Positions 47,801 through 55,223 of a stretch of 60,622 nt of DNA are shown here, in pieces. Where the stretch lies: IMG/VR virus record IMGVR_UViG_3300042301_003480, positions 1 through 60,622 of that record, one strand, 5' to 3'. Origin of the DNA: a virus. Lineage: Duplodnaviria; Caudoviricetes. The translations under genes and the position numbers were made by a program. How positions within the stretch are numbered: the first letter of the stretch is position 1; each line of letters begins with the position of its first letter. The notes beneath the pieces are model-generated. The model made no database searches. It was not told where the DNA came from and saw only the letters and a program-made list of their open reading frames with translations.

Positions 47801-48565
47801 TCCGACCGAAAACCCGATGTTGGTTCCGGGGATCCGGAAGTCATCCAGCACCCCGGCGCGTTGCGTCATGCCTTCCACGGCATCGACGCCGAATCTCTCA
47901 AATTGAGACTGCAACCTGGCGGTAGCCGCAGCCTGGTCAGCCGGGTCTAGGAACGCAATCGCCCGCTCCGGAGTGATCCTGCGTTGATACTCACGGACTC
48001 GCGGTGTTGGGATAGCATCGGGGCGGAGCGGCAGGTTGTCTTGGAACCGCAGCGCATTGAGCCGGCCGGCAGAGTCAACGGCACTGTCTCGGAGCAAGCC
48101 GGCGGCCTTCATGGCCTTGCCAACCGGGCTCAATGCCCCGCGCCCAAGCATCGACAGCCCGAGCGTGCCGTAGGTGAGGGGATCTAAAAGTGTCTCAGCC
48201 AACACCCCGCCTGAGAAATTGCCCCAATTGTCTTGACGCCCCACCATGCCGTACTGACGCAGCAGCTCCCGGCCGGTCACGCGGTCTTCGCTGGATCCAA
48301 AGACGGAGAGAGGATCGCCAGCCAGGATGCCGCGGACCAAAGCGCCGGGGGTGTCCAGGAGATACCCCGCCGTAGCCAGGCCGGAAGACCCCATCTCGGC
48401 CAGCGTGTTCAGCCAGCCGCTCTTCTCCTCCTCGGGCATGAGGTCGGAGAGGGTGGGCTTGCGGCGTTCTGATAGCGGGTCGTCCGCGTCCAGGAGGCCC
48501 AGCCTGGCGCGCTCCTCCAGCTCCCCATACGGATCGTAGATGTCAAAGAGGGGGGAACGCATCAA
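44834..48565 (-). CDS. Large internal virion (ejection) protein, 1243 aa
   Basis: LDPLTY, SPAFHVRN, DY....FER..MKR..PFYSF, NPLIKAPLE..TNR typical of podoviral ejected proteins. Confidence 0.7.
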   Translation of the reverse strand: MMRSPLFDIYDPYGELEERARLGLLDADDPLSERRKPTLSDLMPEEEKSGWLNTLAEMGSSGLATAGYLLDTPGALVRGILAGDPLSVFGSSEDRVTGRELLRQYGMVGRQDNWGNFSGGVLAETLLDPLTYGTLGLSMLGRGALSPVGKAMKAAGLLRDSAVDSAGRLNALRFQDNLPLRPDAIPTPRVREYQRRITPERAIAFLDPADQAAATARLQSQFERFGVDAVEGMTQRAGVLDDFRIPGTNIGFSVGGGAIGDAIAEGLDRFGNFTKMAPVLGPATRTAAALFDQNVGGLGTVSSNMELTNDLQFAKRVAARDARNRKEAVDRAYALLQYDARNATVPDALPATYLPGGAAAIPEELRTFDSQTLWDRLADYVESRPLQGPTLTGAPLKTTGDDVADYVLENVPEFRAIRDRFADLGPEAVLAAREAGLATPVAQSRGAGGFIPRQLRRFLDPSAPDIPGGEPYDFRSWGRDERAFSVQDNFGRSRDPAYDLPGGIRAFRYLTGNVDPRLDSRALQQDLITAPSDQARRVRLRRALRTLGGIDNAAFTFDGQTNPYRYITDNVRNSPAYQAATPAEQAAMMATAQREVNANFEKLGQLVMKADTQFADQGLGIFDTPSWNNALRYERGQAENLANADQLFAMLARRVDPTPAGRVVGGQSVSLADAARELGFDPQNFANRWMQQAPPAQRLPLDELSIPRQFVDAMRVLTPQSRLALPERGLMNAFDQFTSAFKIGALASPAFHVRNLYSGMYNAATEGAFNPLDTWAAGRASGGNYEALASRIQGGRSPYRNLSSDEAMRQFIADSSSQRLASGNVISDISGVEDPGKVGGMYVGSGPTIAESTRQALQQGRRANPANRTWRNFLGDLASFRGVGITREPRPYQTNPLLAMNDAVGSRSEDALRIGTFLTLIRQGVDPAEAGDTVRRLLVDYSPEAFTGFERNVMKRVAPFYSFQKGILPSIAENTLYRPGGLQGQTIRAVTRGTEPSEDNFIPEYLRQSAAIPLPEGWPSLLGGEPAEGLQRYITNIDLPFESTLNLFTPGVGTTAAARFADTVQKTGSNILGQANPLIKAPLEYITNRQLYTGRDMSDLYSVLEQDLGPIGRPLEQAIINFVPFGARGISMYRQFNDDRLDPADARLKAAFNVLAGVKLTDVDEERTKRQAARGMLNQILETTPGVRTYENITVPDDALRSMPEDQRQMYLLYRILQSDAAKRARERKKTALDPLEVLGAVR

Positions 48566-50158
48566 TCACCGCGAGGGGTAGGCGGGATTGCCAGAGAAGA
48601 AGTTGACGACGCCGGAGATTGGGCCGCTCCGCCCGCCGGGCCCACTGGCCGACATGGCCCCCAGGCCGTATGTGTCCACCAACCCCTGCCGCACGGTTGG
48701 GTCCGTGATTAGGCGTGAAAGGATGGCATCTAGTCGCACCGCATCAGAATTGTAGAAGCCGGTCCAGGACTTGTCCGCGTCGTAGGCCATCGCAGCAAGC
48801 GACTCTTCGGCCTCGGGGGTGTCGTAAATGTTGTCAGCAATCTGCCGCACGCCGGGGCCGTACTTGGCCTCCAAGGGTTGCAGCAGTAGTTCACGCGCGT
48901 CCTTGGCTTGGGCGTCTGCGAGCGCCTTCTGCTTGTCCTCCATCTCCTTCTTATCTAGTCCGTACTTGGCATCAAACTGCTTCATCCGTTCTTCGGCCTG
49001 CAAGCGAGACTCGGACAAGGAGGCTTCATGGCGGCGTTGCGCCTCGGCGCCCTGGCGCTCCATCGCGGCCATTTGCGCATCATGCTCCAGGCGGCGAGCA
49101 TCTAGGTCGGCCTGCAATTTGGCGACGACATCGCTGCTTGCCCGATTGCCAGACGCGGCTTGGGCATCGCGGTCCAGTTGCTTCTGCTCGGCATCGAAAT
49201 CCCGCTGGACCTTGGCGTTGGCTTCTGCGCGGGCAGCAGCGCGTTCCTCGGCTTCGACCCGCATGCGCTCTTGCGTGGCCGCGGAATCAACATGCGCCTT
49301 GGCATTAATCTCCGCCACCCGAATGCGAGGATCGTCGCCAGGCCGCCGTCGCCCCTGCATGCGCTGGGTCACAAGTTCGCGTTGTTCATTATTGAGGTCG
49401 TCGCGCCCAAGGTAGCCCATCGGGTTCTGGGCGAGCATCGCCCGCTTGGCCACCTCCGCCACCCGGGCGGCCTTGTCTTCGGCCCGCTTGTCCCGCACGG
49501 CGTCCCGCAGCCCCGTGTAGGCATCGCGGAACTGGTCGAAGTCGGGCGGCACGGATCGGTTCTGGCCATCAACCTGCCACGCGGCGCTCGCGGGGATGCC
49601 CCGATCTGCCGCCGCCTGGTCGTAGCCCTGTTGCACCATGGCCCGCGCTTCGGCCATCGACACGCCCGCCCGCTCCGCCATGCGGGCGATCCGCTGTTCC
49701 TCTGCGTAGGGACTGTGGCGACGAACATCCTCACGCTCTCGGCGGCGCTCGCGGGCTTGGAGTTGCTCGGAGGTCACATCGGCATTGCGGGCGCCGATGG
49801 GGCCAAACTCGGCCTCGTACGCCTGCCGCTGCTGGTCGTAGAACGGACCGCGCTCCTCAAAACTGCGCGCAGCCTCGGCCTCCCGCGCCGCAAGCAGAGA
49901 TTCGCTGCTCCCGGGCAGCAGATCCCGCTCCATGACAATGGGGGTGCCGGCGGCCTCAAGGTTATCAACATCGGCCCCATTGCCGTAGGAGAGATCCTGC
50001 CCCATGGCCATCGCCATCTCAGCATCGAAGGCCGCCTCTTGCTCATTAAGCGCAGGCCGACCATCGGGAGTGCGTGGCATGCCCTCCAGGGCAAGGGCCT
50101 GCTTTGCGCGCAGGATGCGCATGGCCTCTTCTCGCTCTACTGGGCTGATGCCTCTCAT
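48566..50158 (-). CDS. Coiled-coil putative ejection protein, 530 aa
   Basis: A/E/R/Q-rich; position in the tail block. Confidence 0.65.
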   Translation of the reverse strand: MRGISPVEREEAMRILRAKQALALEGMPRTPDGRPALNEQEAAFDAEMAMAMGQDLSYGNGADVDNLEAAGTPIVMERDLLPGSSESLLAAREAEAARSFEERGPFYDQQRQAYEAEFGPIGARNADVTSEQLQARERRREREDVRRHSPYAEEQRIARMAERAGVSMAEARAMVQQGYDQAAADRGIPASAAWQVDGQNRSVPPDFDQFRDAYTGLRDAVRDKRAEDKAARVAEVAKRAMLAQNPMGYLGRDDLNNEQRELVTQRMQGRRRPGDDPRIRVAEINAKAHVDSAATQERMRVEAEERAAARAEANAKVQRDFDAEQKQLDRDAQAASGNRASSDVVAKLQADLDARRLEHDAQMAAMERQGAEAQRRHEASLSESRLQAEERMKQFDAKYGLDKKEMEDKQKALADAQAKDARELLLQPLEAKYGPGVRQIADNIYDTPEAEESLAAMAYDADKSWTGFYNSDAVRLDAILSRLITDPTVRQGLVDTYGLGAMSASGPGGRSGPISGVVNFFSGNPAYPSR

Positions 50159-51732
50159 CCTGCTCTCCTAGCGGTAGTCCTGGCATTCGCCTGCTCGTCG
50201 GCCTGGCGATAGAGACGCTGCATTTCCGCCTGCGCTTGCGCTCGCTGGGCGGGAGGAATGCGACCGGCATTGAGGTCTGCCAGAATGCGACGGGCGCCGG
50301 ACAGAGGATCAGCGCCTTGCGGAGCGACACCCTTTCTGGCGGAGGCGTTGGTCTGCGCATCCGACATGTCGAACAGACGCTGAATCTCCTTCCGCATAGC
50401 CGCGGCTTCTGGCACCTCTCCGCCAGCCTTCGCCCGCATTTCGTTGAGCTTCTCCTGGAGTGCGTGGGCCTGATCCCGCGGGCTAATCGGCTCCGGCTCT
50501 TGCGTCATCACGGAGGGGGGAGGGGAGGTTTCGGCCGCCAGGTCGGCGGTGCTGGAAGGCTTGGGGCGGGAGGTGGTGTCTGGACCAGACGCCCCCTCCT
50601 CGTCGGCTACACCAACGGGGGACATAAAGTCGCTTCCAAGCCGCCACAGGCCCGCACCCGCACCGGCCACGCCAGCCGCCAGGGCCGCCTTCCAGTTGCC
50701 CCCGCCGCCACCAGCGGCCTGGGCTTGGCCGGCGGGAGGTTGCCGCGGAGGAGAGCCTCCCCTACTGCGCCGACTAATGGACTCAGCCAGTTGCTCCAAG
50801 GCGCGGCGCTCGGCTGCGGCATCAAGGGACTCCAGCCGCACAGGCTCCGCGGCCCGCGGCATGTTGTCAGGCCAGCCCAAGACACTGCCTTCATCCATCC
50901 CCATCATGTTGATGTCCGGCGCGGCGTCTGCCCGAAAGCTACTCCGTGGCGTCACCTCGCCAACCGGCACGCCAGCCGTCGTCCCGATCCTCCGCTGGGG
51001 AGGGCCGGGAATACGCTGCCGCGGCGTCACCCGCGTAGACAGCCCAGTCGGGCCAGGGACGATAACCCCAGAGCCAGTGGGCCCACCAACCGGCACGCCA
51101 GCCCCTCGGCCCCCAACCGGCACAAGGCCACCACCAGCCTGCGGCAAGCCGGCCCCTGGCAATACATCGGCCGCAAACCCGCCGGGAACCGACTCGGGCA
51201 AGCCAACCAGGGAAAGTTGACCATCCGGGAAACGAGGGGCCGGCAGCGGGAAAAAGCCCCGGCCCGCAACATCCTGCGTGACCGCCGAAGTATCTCCCCG
51301 CAGGGGCAACTGATACGCCCCGCGAGGGGCTAGGCTTTGGGCATTCAGAATGTCAATAAGCTCATCGCCACCCATGGTCGGGCCAAGCAGCGACTGGGCG
51401 TCTTCGACCTGCTCCATCGGCGCTTCACGGAAAAAGGGGCCAAGCTCTTCGGCAACACCATCCCGAGCCGCTTGCTCCACTGACCGGCGACCGGGCATGC
51501 CACGCTCGCCGTAGGCCATGGCCGCACGGTCCATGGCCGGCGGCTCAAACTCAGCAGAGATGCGAGCGAAGACTCGGTTGGGCGTGTCGGACGTAGCGGC
51601 CTCGGCCAGCAGGGCCTGGAGGCGAGGATTAGATGCGGCCTCTTGGGCGATATAGGAGGTGCGTCGGCTGGCCCCACCCATTAACTGGATGTAATCAGCA
51701 AGCCCTTGGGCGACGGCGGCGGGACTAGCCAT
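50155..51732 (-). CDS. Putative ejection protein, 525 aa
   Basis: Coupled ORF with a G/A hydrophobic stretch. Confidence 0.65.
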   Translation of the reverse strand: MASPAAVAQGLADYIQLMGGASRRTSYIAQEAASNPRLQALLAEAATSDTPNRVFARISAEFEPPAMDRAAMAYGERGMPGRRSVEQAARDGVAEELGPFFREAPMEQVEDAQSLLGPTMGGDELIDILNAQSLAPRGAYQLPLRGDTSAVTQDVAGRGFFPLPAPRFPDGQLSLVGLPESVPGGFAADVLPGAGLPQAGGGLVPVGGRGAGVPVGGPTGSGVIVPGPTGLSTRVTPRQRIPGPPQRRIGTTAGVPVGEVTPRSSFRADAAPDINMMGMDEGSVLGWPDNMPRAAEPVRLESLDAAAERRALEQLAESISRRSRGGSPPRQPPAGQAQAAGGGGGNWKAALAAGVAGAGAGLWRLGSDFMSPVGVADEEGASGPDTTSRPKPSSTADLAAETSPPPSVMTQEPEPISPRDQAHALQEKLNEMRAKAGGEVPEAAAMRKEIQRLFDMSDAQTNASARKGVAPQGADPLSGARRILADLNAGRIPPAQRAQAQAEMQRLYRQADEQANARTTARRAG

Positions 51733-52001
51733 TACTTCTTCCCCTTCTTCTTCGGAACATCCGGCAGTTCATCGTCGCCGTCGTACTCATAGTCATCGTC
51801 CGTGACCGTGGGAGCGGGATGCTTGCCGTGCATCTCCTCGTCCAGGTCAGCCAAGTCATTCTTGGCCGGCTTGCCGTTGAGCTTGGTAAGCAGCTTCTTC
51901 TCCTCCGCCTCGCTGGCAGTGAGGAGCTTCTTGACGAACTTCTTCATTCCGTCGCGGGTGAAGCCTTCCAGCATGTCGTCCAGATCCAAGTCCAGTTTCA
52001 T
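51732..52001 (-). CDS. Small charged protein, 89 aa
   Basis: GAGGAG RBS. Confidence 0.7.
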   Translation of the reverse strand: MKLDLDLDDMLEGFTRDGMKKFVKKLLTASEAEEKKLLTKLNGKPAKNDLADLDEEMHGKHPAPTVTDDDYEYDGDDELPDVPKKKGKK

Positions 52002-52012
52002 TTCAACTCCTC

Positions 52013-52405
52013 TTACCCGAGCAATCCGAACAACGCGCCCATTTGCTGGAGCATGGCCATCTGGTCAGCGTAGGCGTTCTGCTGCTGCAATCCGCCAAGC
52101 GCCTGGCCGAACCGCTCGCGTGACACCTGGGAGCTGAGATCGGTCATGGCGTTGTACTGCTGGTCATCGATCTGGCCCTGATACGCGGCGGCGATCCCAT
52201 TGGCCATGTCTTGCGCGCCCTTAATCCCGGCCTGGTTGGTCTGCGCCCCACCCCGGGAAAACCCGGCGCGGTCATACTTCTTCATTTGATAGCGGGGGTC
52301 GCCGGCCGCCATCGCTTGAGCCATGGAGTTATTGAACGCACCAGACTGCTGGCGGGGCGTGTACCCCCGGGGCAGCCGCTCGTTGTCGATAGACACCTGA
52401 TTCAT
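52013..52405 (-). CDS. Gln/Ala/Gly-rich putative internal protein
   Basis: ATGA coupling. Confidence 0.7.
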   Translation of the reverse strand: MNQVSIDNERLPRGYTPRQQSGAFNNSMAQAMAAGDPRYQMKKYDRAGFSRGGAQTNQAGIKGAQDMANGIAAAYQGQIDDQQYNAMTDLSSQVSRERFGQALGGLQQQNAYADQMAMLQQMGALFGLLG

Positions 52406-52707
52406 AGGAGGCCCTCCAACAGCATCCGCATCCGGCCCGTCTGAAGATCCCGTTCGTTGCCGCGTGCCTGATACATCTGCGACAGGCCATTCAGGGCCAG
52501 CTCACGCTGTGCTTGCGAGGCGGCCGACTCATACTCGTCCCGCTTCTTCTGTGCGTAGCGGTCCATGTCTACGGACTGGGCCTGCATCTGGGCATTGAAG
52601 ATGTCTTGGTGGTTCTGACCCGGATAGGGAGAGGGCTGCTTCGCCATCTCCGGGTATTGCGGAGTCGGGAACTGGGCGTTGGAGTGATAGTTAACCACGG
52701 CCTGCAC
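52402..52707 (-). CDS. Gln-rich putative internal protein
   Basis: Operon position. Confidence 0.65.
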   Translation of the reverse strand: MQAVVNYHSNAQFPTPQYPEMAKQPSPYPGQNHQDIFNAQMQAQSVDMDRYAQKKRDEYESAASQAQRELALNGLSQMYQARGNERDLQTGRMRMLLEGLL

Positions 52708-54262
52708 CTCTGGCGGGTCGGTTAAAACTGGCGAACAGATCCGACAACGCCCCGCCCGTCGGAGCCGGGGCTGGCTGCGGGAACCGGCCCATCAAGCCAC
52801 CAAGCCCGCCCAGGCTCTGCGTGAGATTCCCAAGGCCCTGCCCCACGCCGGCAGCCTGAGTGAGGCCGGAACGGAAGTCTCCGCTCATCCGGCCGCCCAG
52901 GTTGCGGAGGTCGCGGGACGATGAGAAAAATCCATCCCGGGCGTTGTTCACCATGGGGGCGAAGTTGGCCCGGTTGGCGTTGACGTTGCCATAGAACTGA
53001 TTCATGCCGCCCATCAACTGGCCGTACCCGTCACCCGCAAGCTGGCGGAAGTTGCCGAAGGAGTTCTGGAACATGTCCATCGGCATGCTGCGGGACGAGG
53101 CGTGCTGGGCGTCAATCGCCTGCGACCCTTGATCCAGCATTCGGTTGGTGTCAGCAAAGCTGCGGTTCAGGTTGGTGTATCCCTCGTCTACCTGTCCGCG
53201 GGCCGCGTCGTAGCTGCGTCCAAGACGGTTCATCCCCATGGCGTTGCCAGACGACAGGTCCGACAACACAGAGGAGTCCATCACGCCTCCCTGAAGGCCG
53301 CCCATGCCGGCAAAGCTGCGGTTGGCGATCCCAGCAAACTCTGGCCCGGGGCCACGGTAGGACGAGCCCCCCATGTCGCCACCACCGCCGAAGCCGCTGA
53401 AGGATCCAGAGGCCACCGGACCCGAAGGACTGGAGGCCCTGAACCCGCCACCGCCGCCACCAGAGCCACCGAAGCCCAGGTTGACATTGGACACCTGGCT
53501 GGCGCCCCCAAGCCCAGTCCCCAGTTGCGCCATCGACCCACCAAGCCCAGCCAGGGCCTGGTTGCGAGACTGGCCAAGCTGGGAGGTGGCCATCTGGTTG
53601 GAGCCCTGCATCGCCGCCAACGCTTGAGCATTGGCCCCAAAGGCGTTCGATGCCGCACCGCTGACGTTCGCCACAGCCGGCGACATAGCCCCGAAGGCGG
53701 CGGCAGCCGACTGGCCCATGTTGGCTCGGGCCTGGTTGTACGCCTGCTGATTGCCCAGCCACGCGCTCATGGCGCTGTTGCCCAACGCACCGTAGGAGGA
53801 CAGGGCCTGGTTGGCGATGTTCCCGGCGGCGAGCTGACGGGCGCTCTCCGACTGTGCCATGGCGGCCATGGCTGCGGCCCGCTCGTTAGCCTGGGCGTTG
53901 GCGATGCTCCCCATGGAGCCGGCGTAGGCCCCGTAGTTGTTGGCCGTAGCCCCGCCCAGACCAGCTAGGGCAGCGGAGTGCTGTCCTGATGCGTTGGCCA
54001 TGGAGCCGCCCAGGTTGCCATAGGCACCAGCAATTCCTGCAATGCCTTGGCCGTAGCCCTGGCCAATGCCAGCCATGGCGTTGCCGGCCCCCATGGCTCT
54101 TCCCGATTCAGCCTGACCAGCCGCGGCCGCCCGGGCGGCGTCCACCTGCGCAGCGGCGTTGACTTGCGCAGCCTGGAGGGCGGCGGCATTGTTGGCCGCG
54201 TTGGGGTCATAAACGTGCCGGATGACGCCGCCACCGGGTAGTTGTCGCTCACGGATCTGCAT
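52691..54262 (-). CDS. Gly/Ala/Asn-rich DNA pilot or ejection-like protein, 523 aa
   Basis: Composition; AGGAG RBS and GGACATTAGT motif upstream. Confidence 0.7.
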   Translation of the reverse strand: MQIRERQLPGGGVIRHVYDPNAANNAAALQAAQVNAAAQVDAARAAAAGQAESGRAMGAGNAMAGIGQGYGQGIAGIAGAYGNLGGSMANASGQHSAALAGLGGATANNYGAYAGSMGSIANAQANERAAAMAAMAQSESARQLAAGNIANQALSSYGALGNSAMSAWLGNQQAYNQARANMGQSAAAAFGAMSPAVANVSGAASNAFGANAQALAAMQGSNQMATSQLGQSRNQALAGLGGSMAQLGTGLGGASQVSNVNLGFGGSGGGGGGFRASSPSGPVASGSFSGFGGGGDMGGSSYRGPGPEFAGIANRSFAGMGGLQGGVMDSSVLSDLSSGNAMGMNRLGRSYDAARGQVDEGYTNLNRSFADTNRMLDQGSQAIDAQHASSRSMPMDMFQNSFGNFRQLAGDGYGQLMGGMNQFYGNVNANRANFAPMVNNARDGFFSSSRDLRNLGGRMSGDFRSGLTQAAGVGQGLGNLTQSLGGLGGLMGRFPQPAPAPTGGALSDLFASFNRPARGAGRG

Positions 54263-54296
54263 GCTGTACTCCTACGGACTAATGTCCGAAAGGCGG

Positions 54297-55223
54297 CTAT
54301 GGGTAACCGGCCTTGGGCTTGAGCGTGTAGAGGATTTGCCCAAACACCTCCGGAGCCCGGTCGATTTGCAGTTGCACGTTGACGTTTTCTTCCACCGTAT
54401 CCACGCCGTCAGGGACCAGCTCGCAACTGTCGGCGTCAAAGCGATATTTCGGAACATCCACAGAAACAGTGGCCGCCTTCACGGTTACGTTCTGGACGAG
54501 GTTTACCTGGAAGCGGCCGTCCACCTGGCGGAGTTCGTAGCCGCCCCCAATCCCGGGCAGGCCGGGCAGGCCGGGAATGCCGGGAAGCCCAGCAACACCC
54601 GCCGCGCCGGCGGGGCCAGCAGCACCAGCCGCACCAGCGGCACCAGCCAAGCCCGCCGCACCAGCCGCGCCCGCCGGCCCAGCCACGCCCGGGGCTCCGT
54701 CCGCTCCAGCCGCACCTGCCAGTCCGGCGGCACCAGACACGCCCGGCTGACCATCCACGCCATTAAAGCCGTTGATCCCGTTGATGCCGTCCGAACCGAT
54801 CACGCCGTTGATGATGGTGGTGGGGAACAGGTTGGTGTTGTAGTTGGCGTTGGTGTTGAACAAAAACTCGTCGCCAGCGAAGTTGTTGTTCAGGGTGTTG
54901 AAGTAGTTGTTGTAGGTGGGGATGTCGATGAAGGAGTTGTTGTTGAACACCTGAGAAACATCAGTGAACTGGTTGATCAGGTTTTGATTCCAAACGCCGC
55001 CATCGCTGTACACCCCTGGCCCGAAAGAGCCTCCGCCGCCCTGGCCGCCGCCCAGGCCCAGCTCGTTCTGTGGCGTCCTGGTAGTGGGGCGGATCGCAAC
55101 TGGCCCCCGGTGTTCCAGGGGCTGGTTGCAGTTGCCCAACGCCTGCATCATCCGCCGCACGGCCATTTGGGGCATCACGCCCTGCATGGCCTGCGCTAGC
55201 GCCGGCATGGCCTGGGTAAGCAT
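54297..55223 (-). CDS. Collagen-like (Gly-X-Y) fibre protein
   Basis: About 28 consecutive G-X-Y triplets preceded by an Asn/Phe-rich segment. Confidence 0.8.
   Translation of the reverse strand: MLTQAMPALAQAMQGVMPQMAVRRMMQALGNCNQPLEHRGPVAIRPTTRTPQNELGLGGGQGGGGSFGPGVYSDGGVWNQNLINQFTDVSQVFNNNSFIDIPTYNNYFNTLNNNFAGDEFLFNTNANYNTNLFPTTIINGVIGSDGINGINGFNGVDGQPGVSGAAGLAGAAGADGAPGVAGPAGAAGAAGLAGAAGAAGAAGPAGAAGVAGLPGIPGLPGLPGIGGGYELRQVDGRFQVNLVQNVTVKAATVSVDVPKYRFDADSCELVPDGVDTVEENVNVQLQIDRAPEVFGQILYTLKPKAGYP

Noticed and set aside
44834-48565. Tape measure protein
   Set aside because: No tail tube or tail chaperone genes nearby; motifs and neighbours fit podoviral ejection proteins.
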